Shown: piece after piece, positions 46,810 through 57,189 of the stretch
How positions within the stretch are numbered: the first letter of the stretch is position 1
Layout: each line of letters begins with the position of its first letter
NCBI GenBank assembly: GCA_036004845.1
Contig: DASYRA010000001.1
Coordinates: 282-64,281 of the forward strand
Length of the DNA: 64,000 nucleotides
DNA from: Candidatus Limnocylindria bacterium
GTDB lineage: Bacteria; Chloroflexota; Limnocylindria; QHBO01
Reading direction: 5' to 3'
Program-made: the position numbers and the translations under genes
Notes under the pieces: model-generated
The model's database searches: none
What the model was told of the DNA's origin: nothing
The model's input: only the letters and a program-made list of their open reading frames with translations

Positions 46810-47441
46810 TCGTGGCCATCGAGAGCGCCTCGAGCGATCCGTCGCTGGCCCTCGCCTCATCCGATGGCGAGGCCTTCGCCCAGGATGGGTGGGCGGGCGA
46901 GGGGCGCCAGGCGAGCGAGCTGCTGCCCCGCCTGCTGGTGCTGCTGGCACGGGCCGGGCGTGACTTGCGCGAGGCCACCGCGCTGGCGGTCGGGGTCGGC
47001 CCCGGCTCCTTCACCGGCCTGCGCGTCTCGATGAGCCTGGCCAAGGGGATGGCGCTCGCCCTGCGCGTGCCACTGGTCGGCGTGCCGAGCCTCGTCGCCT
47101 GGCTCGAGGCAGAGCCACGCGCCGCCGCGGCGATCTCGCGTGCCGGTGCGCAGGACACGTACCTGCTCCGCCGCAGCGATCAGGAGCCGCGGATCGTCGC
47201 CGCCTCCGACCTGCCGGCCACGGTCGGCGATGCACCGCTGGCGGCCCCGTCCGAGCTTGCTTCGACCTTCGGCCTGGTCGGGACGCTGCCGCCGCACGAG
47301 GCAGCCGCGGGAGTCGCGCGACTGGCGGCGCGGCGGCTCAGCCAGGATCCGCACGGGGACGACCTGGCGAGGCTGGAGCCCTGGTACCTCCGCCCGCCGC
47401 GGGGCGTTCCATCTCCGGAGGCGGTGATCGGATGGCCGTGA
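46806..47441 (+). CDS. tsaB: tRNA t6A37 biosynthesis protein TsaB
   Basis: MIVAIESASSDPSLALA..., VGVGPGSFTGLRVSMSLAKGMALA. ATGA overlap with tsaE. Confidence 0.9.
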   Translation: MIVAIESASSDPSLALASSDGEAFAQDGWAGEGRQASELLPRLLVLLARAGRDLREATALAVGVGPGSFTGLRVSMSLAKGMALALRVPLVGVPSLVAWLEAEPRAAAAISRAGAQDTYLLRRSDQEPRIVAASDLPATVGDAPLAAPSELASTFGLVGTLPPHEAAAGVARLAARRLSQDPHGDDLARLEPWYLRPPRGVPSPEAVIGWP

Positions 47442-47956
47442 GCGCGCCGCTGGTGGTGGGGCCGATGCGCATGGCCGACGTCGAAGCCGTCCTCGAGATC
47501 GAGCGGCTCAGCTTCAGCTCGCCATGGCCCGCATTCGCGTTCGAGCAGGAGCTGACGGCGAACCGCCTCGCGCACTATCGGGTGGCGCGTCTCGGGGACC
47601 GCGTGGTCGCCTTCGGCGGCATCTGGCTGATGGTCGACGAGGCGCACATCACCACCTTCGGCGTCCATCCCGATCATCGGCGGCGGGGGATCGGGCGACG
47701 CCTCCTGCTGCAGCTGGCCGAGGTGGCCCTTGAGCTCGGCTCCGCGCGCATGACCCTCGAGGTGCGCGTCAGCAACGAGCCCGCCCAGCGGCTGTATCGG
47801 TCCTTCGGCTTCGAGGTTGCCGGACGCCGGGTGGCGTATTACAGCGATGACGGGGAGGATGCCCTCGTGATGACGACGCCCGCCCTGACGGGACCGATCA
47901 TGCGGGCAGCGCTCGCGGCGGAGCGCGCCCGCGCCATGGAGTCCGACGTCGAATGA
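47432..47956 (+). CDS. rimI: Ribosomal-protein-alanine N-acetyltransferase (GNAT)
   Basis: VLEIERLSFSSPW, TFGVHPDHRRRGIGRRLL, LEVRVSNEPAQRLYRSFGF. Sits between tsaB and tsaD. Confidence 0.88.
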   Translation: MAVSAPLVVGPMRMADVEAVLEIERLSFSSPWPAFAFEQELTANRLAHYRVARLGDRVVAFGGIWLMVDEAHITTFGVHPDHRRRGIGRRLLLQLAEVALELGSARMTLEVRVSNEPAQRLYRSFGFEVAGRRVAYYSDDGEDALVMTTPALTGPIMRAALAAERARAMESDVE

Positions 47957-48996
47957 GCGGCCCGCGGGTGCTCGCCATCGAGACGAGCTGCGACGAGACC
48001 GGGGTGGCGGTGGTGAGCGGGGGCCGCCGGATCGCCTCGAACCAGGTGGCGACCCAGATCGCCCTGCACGCGACGACCGGCGGCATCGTCCCCGAGGTGG
48101 CCGCCCGGCAGCAGCTGCGCTGGATCGTGCCGACCATCCATGCCGCGATGGCGGAGGCGAACGCCGACTGGGACGACCTCGACGCGGTGGCGGTGACCTA
48201 CGGGCCGGGATTGATCGGCTCGCTGCTGGTCGGGGTCAACGTGGCCAAGGCGCTCGCCGTGGTCCACGACCTTCCACTGCTGGGGATCAACCACATCGAG
48301 GGCCACATCTACGCCAACTGGCTGACCGATGCGCCCGCCGAGGATCCGCTCCCCGCCGAGCCGCCCTTCCCGCTGGTGTGCCTGGTCGTCAGCGGCGGGC
48401 ACACCCAACTGGTGCTGATGCAAGACCACGGCCGCTATCAGCTCCTGGGGCAGACGGTCGACGACGCCGCCGGCGAGGCCTTCGACAAGGTCGGGCGACT
48501 GCTCGGCCTGCCGTACCCCGGCGGTCCCGCCATCAGTGCGGCCGCCGAGGGGGCGACGTCGGCGACGCGCTTCCCGAGGGCACGCACGGCGGGTGCGTAT
48601 GACTTCAGCTTCTCGGGGCTGAAGACCGCCGTCCTGCGTGAGGTCGCCGGTTACCGGGATCGCGGCGCGCCGATCCCGATCGACGGGCTCGCGGCCTCCT
48701 TTGAGGAGGCGGTGGTCGACGCCCTGGCCACCAAGACGGTGGCCGCGGCCGACGAGCACGGTGCCGCCGCGGTGGCGATCGGGGGCGGGGTGGCCGCCAA
48801 TCGGCTGCTGCGCAGCGTGTTGCGCGACCGGCTCGATGCGCTCGGGATCCCGCTCCTCGTCCCGCCGCCCGCCTGGTGCACCGACAACGGGGCGATGATC
48901 GGCGCTGCCGCCGGCTTCCGCTTCACCGCCGGGGATCGTGCCGGCGCGGCACTGGAGGCGATCCCCAACTTGTCGCTCGCGTGGACCGACGCGTGA
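47953..48996 (+). CDS. tsaD: tRNA N6-adenosine threonylcarbamoyltransferase TsaD
   Basis: VLAIETSCDETGVAVV, INHIEGHI, VSGGHTQL, GEAFDKVGRLLGLPYPGGP, IGGGVAAN. Confidence 0.96.
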   Translation: MSGPRVLAIETSCDETGVAVVSGGRRIASNQVATQIALHATTGGIVPEVAARQQLRWIVPTIHAAMAEANADWDDLDAVAVTYGPGLIGSLLVGVNVAKALAVVHDLPLLGINHIEGHIYANWLTDAPAEDPLPAEPPFPLVCLVVSGGHTQLVLMQDHGRYQLLGQTVDDAAGEAFDKVGRLLGLPYPGGPAISAAAEGATSATRFPRARTAGAYDFSFSGLKTAVLREVAGYRDRGAPIPIDGLAASFEEAVVDALATKTVAAADEHGAAAVAIGGGVAANRLLRSVLRDRLDALGIPLLVPPPAWCTDNGAMIGAAAGFRFTAGDRAGAALEAIPNLSLAWTDA

Positions 48997-49883
48997 CCGG
49001 CCCGCTCGCTCCGGAGCGCCTCGTGCCACCCACTCCCGGGCAGCTCCGTCGTCTGCTGTCCGCGGAGCGGCTCCGCCCGCGCAAGGCGCTCAGCCAGAAC
49101 TTCCTGACCGACGCGGCCGCCCTGGACGCAATCGTCGCCGCGGCCGAGCTGGTGCCCGGCGACCGGGTGGTGGAGGTCGGCCCGGGACTGGGGGTGCTCA
49201 CGCGACGCCTCCTGGCGGCCGGAGCCTCGGTCATCGCGGTCGAGCTCGATCCGCGCCTGGCGGCGTACCTGCGACGGGAGCTGAGCTCGGCCCCGGGCTT
49301 CGAGCTGATCGAGGCCGATGCCCTCTCCCTTCACCCACGCGACTGCTTCCCGGGTGAGGACTTCAAGCTCGTCGCCAACATCCCGTACCACATCACCAGC
49401 CCGCTGCTCCACGCCTTTCTGGAGGGCGAGCGACCCCCGCTGGTGTCGGTGTTGCTGGTCCAGGCGGAGGTTGCCACGCGGGTCGCGGCCGCCCCGGGTC
49501 AGATGAGCTACCTGTCGGTCTTCGTCCAGAACGTGGTCGAGGCCGAGATCGTGGGGCACGTCGCCGCCTCGGCCTTCGAGCCGGAGCCGGATGTCGACTC
49601 GGCCATCCTGCGCCTGCGTCGCCGCGCGATGCCCCAGGTCCCGGTGGGTCCGGGGCGGGAGCCCTTCTATCGGCTGGTCCAGGCCGGATTTCGGCAGCGT
49701 CGGAAGCAGCTGCACAATGCGCTCGGCCGGGAGCTGCCGGTGCCGCGGGCGACTCTGGCCGGCGCCTTCGCGGCCTGCGGCATCGACTCGGAGCGCCGGG
49801 CGCAGACCCTTTCGCTTGGCGAGTGGGACTGCCTGAACGAGCACCTTGAAGGGCTCCTCGGCACGGGGGCGGAGGACGATTGA
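48993..49883 (+). CDS. rsmA: 16S rRNA (adenine1518/1519-N6)-dimethyltransferase
   Basis: LSQNFLTD, VVEVGPGLGVLT, ANIPYHITSP. GTGA overlap with tsaD. Confidence 0.93.
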   Translation: MTGPLAPERLVPPTPGQLRRLLSAERLRPRKALSQNFLTDAAALDAIVAAAELVPGDRVVEVGPGLGVLTRRLLAAGASVIAVELDPRLAAYLRRELSSAPGFELIEADALSLHPRDCFPGEDFKLVANIPYHITSPLLHAFLEGERPPLVSVLLVQAEVATRVAAAPGQMSYLSVFVQNVVEAEIVGHVAASAFEPEPDVDSAILRLRRRAMPQVPVGPGREPFYRLVQAGFRQRRKQLHNALGRELPVPRATLAGAFAACGIDSERRAQTLSLGEWDCLNEHLEGLLGTGAEDD

Positions 49884-50746
49884 CGCCGCTCAGCCTCGAG
49901 GCTCCCGCGAAGCTGAACCTGTCCCTGCGCGTGGTCGGACGGCGCCCGGACGGCTTCCACCTCCTCGAGACCGAGATGGTGATGCTCGAGCTGGCCGATC
50001 GGCTGCTCCTCCTGCCCGGCGCCAGCGGGCTGCGCGTCGAGGCGCCGCCCGATGACGACATCCCGGTCGATGAGGGCAACCTGGCCTGGCGGGGCCTCGT
50101 GGCGGGCCTTGGCGGCCCGCCCCGGCTGGCCTGCCTGACGCTCGAGAAGCGGATTCCGGCCGGCGCCGGCCTGGGCGGTGGCTCGTCGGACGCGGCCGCT
50201 GCATGGCGCCTCGGTCGACGGGCCGCGGGCCTGTCGGAGGCACCGACTCCCGGCGATGTCGCCTCACTGGCGAACCTCGGGGCCGATGTGCCGTTCTTCG
50301 CCGTCGGTGCCGCGGCGGCCACGGTGACCGGCATCGGCGAGGTCGTGACGCCCCTCGGCGGACCGACGCCGGACCACGTCATCCTGGCGCTGCCCGCCTT
50401 CCGGCTGTCGACCGCCGCCGTCTTCGGGGAGCTGCGCGCGGCCGACCTGGCGGCCGAACGCCGCGGGGGCAATGACCTGCTGGCTCCGGCGATGCGCCTG
50501 CGCCCTGAGCTCGGCGACCTGATGCGCGCGGTGTCGGCCGCGGGTGGCGAGCCGCGCCTGACGGGCTCCGGGTCGACCATCTTCGCGCTGACCGACGACG
50601 GCGAGCGGGCTGCAGCGATCGCCGCGGGACTCCGCGAGCGAGGGGTGCGGGTCAGGGAGACACGGCTGCGCCGGCAGCCCGCGCAGATCGTGGAGCTCGG
50701 CGAGGCGGCGCAGGATGCTGGCGCCTCGGCGTCGAGCATGGGATGA
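49880..50746 (+). CDS. ispE: 4-diphosphocytidyl-2-C-methyl-D-erythritol kinase
   Basis: APAKLNLSLRVVGRRPDGFHLLET, KRIPAGAGLGGGSSDAAA, LTGSGSTIFAL. TTG start overlaps the rsmA stop. Confidence 0.92.
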   Translation: MTPLSLEAPAKLNLSLRVVGRRPDGFHLLETEMVMLELADRLLLLPGASGLRVEAPPDDDIPVDEGNLAWRGLVAGLGGPPRLACLTLEKRIPAGAGLGGGSSDAAAAWRLGRRAAGLSEAPTPGDVASLANLGADVPFFAVGAAAATVTGIGEVVTPLGGPTPDHVILALPAFRLSTAAVFGELRAADLAAERRGGNDLLAPAMRLRPELGDLMRAVSAAGGEPRLTGSGSTIFALTDDGERAAAIAAGLRERGVRVRETRLRRQPAQIVELGEAAQDAGASASSMG

Positions 50747-50773
50747 TCCGAGGCCGATGGTGAAGGAGCAGGC

Positions 50774-51178
50774 ATGACCGCTCGACGCGGAGTGCACACC
50801 GACGCTGCCCCGGCCGCGATTGGACCGTACGGTCAGGCGGTCCGCACCGCCGACTTCGTGTTCACATCCGGACAGATCGGCGCGGATCCGTCCAGCGGCG
50901 AGCTGGCCGAGGGCGTCGCCGCCCAGGCCGATCAGGCCCTCCGCAACCTTGCGGCCGTCCTGCAGGCGGCGGGGACGGACCTGGAGCACGCGGTCAAGTC
51001 GACGATCTTCCTGACCGACATCAGCGACTTCACCACTGTCAACGAGGTCTATGCCCGGTACCTCTCACCGCCGTACCCGGCGCGATCGACGATCGCGGTC
51101 AAGGCCCTGCCGAAGGGCGCCCTCGTCGAAATCGAGATGGTGGCCCTGGCGGCCGAGTCGGAGCCGGCAGGATCGTGA
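50774..51178 (+). CDS. ridA: RidA/YjgF-family reactive-intermediate deaminase
   Basis: APAAIGPYGQAV..FTSGQIG, PARSTIAVKALPKGALVEIE. Confidence 0.9.
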   Translation: MTARRGVHTDAAPAAIGPYGQAVRTADFVFTSGQIGADPSSGELAEGVAAQADQALRNLAAVLQAAGTDLEHAVKSTIFLTDISDFTTVNEVYARYLSPPYPARSTIAVKALPKGALVEIEMVALAAESEPAGS

Positions 51179-52563
51179 TAGGCACCGCGGCGGTCGTCCT
51201 GGCCGCCGGACAGGGGACCCGCATGCGCTCCCGCCTGCCGAAGGTGCTCCACCCGCTGGCAGGAAGGCCGATGCTCGACCATGTGCTCGCCTCGCTCGCC
51301 GCGGCCGGCATCGAGCAGCAGGTTGTGGTCGTCGGGCATGATGCGGACCAGGTGGAGGCCGCCCTCGACGGCCGGGCGAGCACGGTGCGCCAGGAGCCAC
51401 AGAAGGGGACCGCCGATGCGGTGCGCATCGGCCTCGAGCAGGTCGGCGCCGGCGCACAGCAAGTGGTGGTCGCGATGGGAGACGCCCCGTTGGTCCCGGC
51501 CGAGCTGTTCGCGGAGCTCGTCGGCGCGCAGGCCGCGGGCGACGCGTGCATCGCACTGCTCGCCTTCCGCCCGGCCGACCCCGGCGGCTACGGTCGCATC
51601 GTCCGGGACGCGGACGGTTCCGTCCGCGCGATCGTCGAGGAGCGCGAGGCCGACGCGGGTACCCGCGAGCTGGGCGAGGTCAACGCCGGGACCTACTGCT
51701 TCGACGCCGGCTGGCTGCGGTCCAACATCGCCGCCGTGCCCGCCTCACGCTCCGGTGAGCACTACCTGACCGATCTGGTCGGGATGGCGGTCTCCGCCGG
51801 TGGCCACGTGGTTGTGGTCAGCGCCCCGCGCGCGGAGCTTGCCCTGGGGATCAACGATCGGTCCGATCTGGCTGCCGCCGAACGGATCCTGCGGAGTGAG
51901 ATCGCGGAGCGCCACATGTCCAGCGGGGTCACCATCGTGGATCCTGCCAGCACCTTCATCGATGTCGATGTCGAGATCGGGGAGGACGCGCGGATCGAGC
52001 CGTGGACCGTCCTGTCGGGCAGGACCGTGATCGGCTCGCGGGCCGTGATCGGTCCGCAGGCGCAGGTGATCGACTCGCGCATCGGCGAGCGGACGGTGGT
52101 GTGGGCCAGCGTGGTGGAGTCGTCGGTGATCGCCGAGGATGTGCAGATCGGGCCGTACAGCCACGTTCGGCCGGGATGCGAGATCGGACCGCGCTGCCGG
52201 ATCGGCAACTTCGCCGAGCTGAAGGAGACGCGGGTCGGGGCCGGCACCCAGATCCATCACTTCAGCTACCTCGGCGATGCCGAGCTGGGTGAGGGGGTCA
52301 ACATCGGTGCAGGCGCCATCACCGCCAACTTCGACGGGTCCGTCAAGCATCGGACCACCATCGGCGACGGGGCGTTCATCGGCGTCGACACGCTGCTGCG
52401 TGCACCGGTGAACGTCGGGCCGGGCGCCCGCACCGGAGCGGGCGCGGTCGTGACCCGCGACGTGCCGGCCGGTGAGACGGTGGTCGGCATGCCGGCGCGG
52501 CGCATCGAGATGCGTCGCCGGAATCCGCAACCGGGAGGTTCGTCAGCGGGCGACGATGCCTGA
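51175..52563 (+). CDS. glmU: Bifunctional UDP-N-acetylglucosamine pyrophosphorylase / GlcN-1-P acetyltransferase
   Basis: AVVLAAGQGTRMRS..PKVLHPLAGRPML. C-terminal left-handed beta-helix hexapeptide repeats. GTGA overlap with ridA. Confidence 0.95.
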   Translation: MIGTAAVVLAAGQGTRMRSRLPKVLHPLAGRPMLDHVLASLAAAGIEQQVVVVGHDADQVEAALDGRASTVRQEPQKGTADAVRIGLEQVGAGAQQVVVAMGDAPLVPAELFAELVGAQAAGDACIALLAFRPADPGGYGRIVRDADGSVRAIVEEREADAGTRELGEVNAGTYCFDAGWLRSNIAAVPASRSGEHYLTDLVGMAVSAGGHVVVVSAPRAELALGINDRSDLAAAERILRSEIAERHMSSGVTIVDPASTFIDVDVEIGEDARIEPWTVLSGRTVIGSRAVIGPQAQVIDSRIGERTVVWASVVESSVIAEDVQIGPYSHVRPGCEIGPRCRIGNFAELKETRVGAGTQIHHFSYLGDAELGEGVNIGAGAITANFDGSVKHRTTIGDGAFIGVDTLLRAPVNVGPGARTGAGAVVTRDVPAGETVVGMPARRIEMRRRNPQPGGSSAGDDA

Positions 52564-53959
52564 ACCAGCCCAGAGCGGCCCGACCGGGAACCCGATCCTC
52601 GACCTCGCCATCGTCCTGGCGCTGATCCTGGTCGGCGGCTTCTTCGCCGCGAGCGAGATCGCGCTGATCACCGTCAAGCGGCACCGCCTGAGCCAGCTGG
52701 TTGGCGAGGGGAGCCGGGCCGCGCGGGTGGCGCAGCGTCTGACCGAGGACCCGAGCCGCTTCCTGGCCACGATCCAGATCGCGATCACGTTCCTTGGCTT
52801 CCTGGCCTCGGCGGTGGGCGCCGTGGCCCTCTCCGGCTCGCTGGCCAGCCTCGTGCGGGTCATCCCGCTCGACGCAATTCGCGATGCCGCCGACGAGATC
52901 AGCTTCGTCCTCGTCACGCTGCTGATCGCCCTTGCCTCGATCATCATCGGCGAGCTGGTGCCGAAGACGCTGGCGCTCAGTTTTCCGGATCGGTTCGCGA
53001 TCTTCGTGGCTCGTCCGATCGGCTGGTTCGATCGCCTCCTGCGACCGATCGTGTGGCTGGTCTCGACGATCTCGAACGTGCTCGTCCGCGCGCTGGGTGG
53101 CCGGGATCGCCCGCAGGCCGGCTACCTCTCGACCGAGGAGCTGAAGATGCTGGTCGAGACCGGCAGCGAGCAGGGCGGGATCGAAGAGGAAGAGAAGGAG
53201 ATGATCCACGGGGTCATCGAGCTGGCGGAGACGAAGGTCCACCAGGTGATGGTGCCGCGCATCGGCATCCGCGCCGTGGAGGTCCACGACCCGATCGACG
53301 AGGTGCTCGACATGATCGTGCGTGCCGGCCACTCCCGGGTGCCGGTCTACGAGGAGAGCCTCGACAACATCGTCGGCATCCTCTACGCCAAGGACCTACT
53401 GCCGTTCCTGCGCCCCGGCGCCGCACCGTCCTCCGACATCGACATCCGGGCCCTGGTGCGGCCCGCCGCGTACGTGCCCGAGACCAAGCCGGTCGACGAG
53501 CTGCTGCACGAGATGCGCGTCGACAAGCGTCACATCGCGATCGTCGTCGACGAGTACGGAGGGACCGCCGGCCTGATCACGATGGAGGATGTCGTCGAGG
53601 AGATCGTGGGCGAGATCCAGGACGAGTACGACAGCGAGGAGTCGCTGGTCGAGGCCCTCGAGGAGGATGAGGACAAGATCGCGTTCCGGGTCGACGGACG
53701 GGTGAGCATGGACGACCTTCGCGACCTGTTCGAACTGTCCGACACCGAGGAGGAGGACGAGGACGAGTACGACACGGTGGGCGGGTTCATCGTCCACCGC
53801 GTCGGACGCATCCCCCTGCCGGGGGCGGTGGTCCCGTTCCGCGACGTGACGCTGACGGTCGAGACGGCCGAGCCGCGCCGCATCGCCAAGGTGATCGCGA
53901 CCCGCCCGCGCCACTCCGAGTCCGCGCTCGAGGAGCTGGCCGCCGCCGACGCCGACTAG
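52556..53959 (+). CDS. CNNM/DUF21-CBS-CorC_HlyC family protein (hemolysin-like / Mg-Co efflux-like)
   Basis: N-terminal 4-TM DUF21 ([12 protein letters not shown]). CBS pair ([11 protein letters not shown] ... [29 protein letters not shown]). C-terminal transporter-associated domain. In-frame ATG in track ORF 52472..53959. Confidence 0.88.
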   Translation: MPEPAQSGPTGNPILDLAIVLALILVGGFFAASEIALITVKRHRLSQLVGEGSRAARVAQRLTEDPSRFLATIQIAITFLGFLASAVGAVALSGSLASLVRVIPLDAIRDAADEISFVLVTLLIALASIIIGELVPKTLALSFPDRFAIFVARPIGWFDRLLRPIVWLVSTISNVLVRALGGRDRPQAGYLSTEELKMLVETGSEQGGIEEEEKEMIHGVIELAETKVHQVMVPRIGIRAVEVHDPIDEVLDMIVRAGHSRVPVYEESLDNIVGILYAKDLLPFLRPGAAPSSDIDIRALVRPAAYVPETKPVDELLHEMRVDKRHIAIVVDEYGGTAGLITMEDVVEEIVGEIQDEYDSEESLVEALEEDEDKIAFRVDGRVSMDDLRDLFELSDTEEEDEDEYDTVGGFIVHRVGRIPLPGAVVPFRDVTLTVETAEPRRIAKVIATRPRHSESALEELAAADAD

Positions 53960-55011
53960 GCGCTGATCATGCTCTCGACCAGCGAGCGCAGCTCGTCGAG
54001 CTTTTCGGCGGGGACGGGCAGGGATCGTGCCTCGGTGATGGCGAGGTCGCGGTAGCGGCGAGCCTCCTGCTCCGTGGCAGCGCGAGCGCCGGACCGTTCC
54101 AGGATCTCGAGCACCTCATCGGTCAGCGCCTCCGACATCGTCGTGTGGTCCGCCGGGCCGGAGCCATCGGTGGCGCGAATCACCGGCTGGTAGATCTCGA
54201 TCAGGCGTGCGACGTCGGCGGGGGCCGCGTTGCGCATGGCCCAGACCACGGGGTACGTCTTCTTGCGCTTCCGGATGTCGCCGGCCGCCGCCTTGCCCGA
54301 GTCGGCGCTGGGCCAGAAGCTGCCTTTCAGGTCATCGGCGATCTGGAAGGCCATGCCCAGGTCGCGTCCCAGCCGATGGTAGGAATCGATCAGCTCCTGG
54401 TCGTCGCTGCCCATCATGGCGCTGGTCTCGATCGAGGCGCCGATCAGTGCGGCGGTCTTCTTGGAGATCATGTCGAGGTACTCGTCGACGGTGACGTCGG
54501 TGCGGCGCTCGAAGCTGATGTCGAGGTACTGGCCCTCGCACAGGGCCAGGCAGGTCTCGTCATAGACGTGCATCACGTCGATGAGCTTCTGCGGCTCGTA
54601 CTCCTCCTCCTTCATCAGCCGGTAGAGGGCGAGCCGGGACAGCGCGAAGAGGGCGTCCCCCGCGTTGATGGCGAGCGGCACGCCCCAGAGCGCCCAGAGG
54701 GTGGGCCGATGGCGCCGCTCGCGATCGGCGTCCTCGATGTCGTCGTGGACCAGGCTGAAGTTGTGCCCGAGCTCCACGGCCGCGGCGGCGGGAAGCGCCT
54801 TCTGGTATTCGCCCCCGAGCGACTTGAAGGCGAGCAGGCCGAGCAGCGGGCGCAGCCGCTTGCCCCGCGGCCCCTCCATCTGGTCGAGCCCGAGGTGGTA
54901 GGCGAGCATCTCGTAGAGGGGACGGGCGGGCCCATCGTGCTCGCCGATGACGGACCGCATCTCCGTCTCGATCTCCACCAGGAGGTCGTTAAACTGGCTC
55001 ATGACGTCCAC
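53956..55011 (-). CDS. Polyprenyl diphosphate synthase family (trans-IPPS)
   Basis: First Asp-rich motif [18 protein letters not shown] and second motif FQIADDLKG. Chain-length specificity cannot be read from the sequence. Confidence 0.88.
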   Translation of the reverse strand: MDVMSQFNDLLVEIETEMRSVIGEHDGPARPLYEMLAYHLGLDQMEGPRGKRLRPLLGLLAFKSLGGEYQKALPAAAAVELGHNFSLVHDDIEDADRERRHRPTLWALWGVPLAINAGDALFALSRLALYRLMKEEEYEPQKLIDVMHVYDETCLALCEGQYLDISFERRTDVTVDEYLDMISKKTAALIGASIETSAMMGSDDQELIDSYHRLGRDLGMAFQIADDLKGSFWPSADSGKAAAGDIRKRKKTYPVVWAMRNAAPADVARLIEIYQPVIRATDGSGPADHTTMSEALTDEVLEILERSGARAATEQEARRYRDLAITEARSLPVPAEKLDELRSLVESMISA

Positions 55012-55041
55012 GCCTCAAGGGTACCCGAGGTCGGTGCGACC

Positions 55042-55827
55042 GTGAGTCGAGCACGCCTCTACAAGACCGAGGGGATCGTGCTTCGCAGCATGGACCTCGG
55101 TGAGGCCGATCGGGTCCTGACCGTCCTGACTCCCCGCCTCGGGAAGCTGCGCGTGATTGCCAAGGGGATCCGTCGCCCGCGCTCGCGGCTGGGGGGAGGA
55201 CTGGAGCCGTTCAGCGACGTGCACCTGGTGCTGGCCGTGGGACGAACCTTCGATGTCGTCACCCAGGCGGCCCTGGAGGACCCGCACCTGGGCCTGCGCG
55301 ATGACCTCCACTCGACGGCGGCGGCGTGGTATGTGGTCGAGCTTGCGGATCGCTTCTGCGAGGGATCCGCCGAATCGCACCAGGCCTTCGAGCTCCTCGC
55401 CCAGGCGCTGGCCGCGCTCGACGCCGCACCCGCGGCGGTGTCGCGCGAGATCGTGGCGCGCTGGTTCGAGCTGCATCTGCTCGAGGCGATGGGCTTCCGG
55501 CCCGAGCTCGGGCAATGCCTCGATTGCGGGGTCGAGATCGAGCCGGATGGAAACGCCTACTCGCCGGTGGCCGGTGGCGTGCTCGGCCCCGAGTGCTCGC
55601 ACCATGCCCTCGGCGCGCGGCCGATCTCGTCGGCGGCGTTGAAGGTGATGCGTCACCTGCAGCGCTCGGCGCTGACCGAGGTGCTTCGGCTCCGCGTTCC
55701 GGCAGCGACCCAGCGCGAGGTCGAGCACCTGCTGCACGCGAGCGTCTCGGCCGTGCTCGAGCGCGAGCTGCGCAGCCGCGACTTCCTCGACGAGGTGGCG
55801 CTGCGAGGGGCTGCCGCGCCGGTTTAG
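55042..55827 (+). CDS. recO: DNA repair protein RecO
   Basis: GTG start gives [49 protein letters not shown]... Zn motif CLDCG. In-frame tail of track ORF 54145..55827. Confidence 0.9.
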   Translation: MSRARLYKTEGIVLRSMDLGEADRVLTVLTPRLGKLRVIAKGIRRPRSRLGGGLEPFSDVHLVLAVGRTFDVVTQAALEDPHLGLRDDLHSTAAAWYVVELADRFCEGSAESHQAFELLAQALAALDAAPAAVSREIVARWFELHLLEAMGFRPELGQCLDCGVEIEPDGNAYSPVAGGVLGPECSHHALGARPISSAALKVMRHLQRSALTEVLRLRVPAATQREVEHLLHASVSAVLERELRSRDFLDEVALRGAAAPV

Positions 55828-57185
55828 CCCTCGCCGGCCACCTGGAGCGACTCGAATCGAATCGCGGCCGGCCCGGCGTACTCGGCGAAGGCCCCCGCCT
55901 CCGACGAGAAGCGCGCGTTGGCCATCGCCTCGAACAGGTTCCCCGTCACCGAGCCGCCGCTCACCGCGCGCCTGCCTGTGCGGTCGGTTTCATACCCGAT
56001 GCGGATCTCCATCCCGAAGTCGCCGCTGAGGGGCTCGACGTTCGGAGCCGCGAAGTCGAGCACCTCCAGGATCGGCTCGTCGCCGGCCAGCAGGTCGACG
56101 CGGGCGGTGTTCCCGACGGCGATCTCGGCCACCCCCGGGCGCCCGGTCGCCGGGACGCCCAGGTACTGGGCATAGCGCAGCGTTGCCGGCCGAGCCCGGA
56201 GGACACCACCCTCGATCACCAGCAGGTCCTGGGCTGGGATGCCGTCGGAGTCCCAGCGGTAGCTGTTGACGCCGTACGGTCGTCGTGCATTGGCCCGGAG
56301 GGTGACGACGTCCCCGGCCGGCTCGAGCTGGCCATAGATCGAGGCCCCGAGTTCGAAGCGCGACAGGTGCTCGTAGGCGGTGCGTGCCATCGTCTGGAAG
56401 AGGTACGCGCCGGGAGCGCCGGTCACCTGGCCGCCCATCATCTGGTTGAGCGCCTCCCCGGAGATGACCACCGGGCCCTGCCTGGTTCTGGGAGCCGCCG
56501 CCCCCAGCTTGTCCCGGGCGAGCTGCGCCCCAACCTGGACCGTCTCGCTCAGCCGAAGGTCCGTGAGGCGACGGGCCTCCACCGTCCGAAAATATTCGGT
56601 CTCGTCCTCTGTCCCGCGCGCCAGCAGCGTCATCTCCATCAGGATCCGGGTCGACGTGGCGGACGCTTCCGCCCCCTGGCTGTTGGCCAGCTCCGCCTCG
56701 TAGTAGGTCAGGAACAGCTCCGCGCCGCTCAATCGGACCCCCGAGACGCGCTCACCCTCGGCCAGCTCGCGGATCTGGGCCGCCGCCTCGAGCCCTGCCG
56801 TCGTCGCGTCCCCCGCGTCGACCAGGCGCGGATCGGCGAGGTCGACGTCGGGCATCGGCGTGGCCCCGGCGAGCAACCAGGGCGGGTTGTTGACGAGGCT
56901 CGCCATCGTCACGGCGTCGTCGAGGATCTGGGGGAGACGATCGAGATCGGCTCGGGACAGCGGGATGGTGGCCCCGCCACGCGCCATCTCCGAGCCTCCG
57001 TCTCCCGCCGGCGCAGGGTGATCCTTGAGGACCTCGACCTCGTACGCCTCTCGCGAGACCTGGCGGACGCTCTCGATGTGCGCGCCCGCCAGGTAGATCT
57101 GCACGCCGCGTGTTCGCTCCAGGCGGAGCGTCCAGTCGTCGATCCCAGGGTGTGCGCGGAGCGCGTCGATGAGGCGCGGGTCCAT
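55824..57185 (-). CDS. pmbA: PmbA/TldE-family metalloprotease-module subunit
   Basis: [18 protein letters not shown]... start, 4 nt after the tldD stop. TldD/PmbA-fold C-terminus ([11 protein letters not shown]). No HExxxH, as expected for the PmbA partner. Confidence 0.8.
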   Translation of the reverse strand: MDPRLIDALRAHPGIDDWTLRLERTRGVQIYLAGAHIESVRQVSREAYEVEVLKDHPAPAGDGGSEMARGGATIPLSRADLDRLPQILDDAVTMASLVNNPPWLLAGATPMPDVDLADPRLVDAGDATTAGLEAAAQIRELAEGERVSGVRLSGAELFLTYYEAELANSQGAEASATSTRILMEMTLLARGTEDETEYFRTVEARRLTDLRLSETVQVGAQLARDKLGAAAPRTRQGPVVISGEALNQMMGGQVTGAPGAYLFQTMARTAYEHLSRFELGASIYGQLEPAGDVVTLRANARRPYGVNSYRWDSDGIPAQDLLVIEGGVLRARPATLRYAQYLGVPATGRPGVAEIAVGNTARVDLLAGDEPILEVLDFAAPNVEPLSGDFGMEIRIGYETDRTGRRAVSGGSVTGNLFEAMANARFSSEAGAFAEYAGPAAIRFESLQVAGEG

Positions 57186-57189
57186 CGGC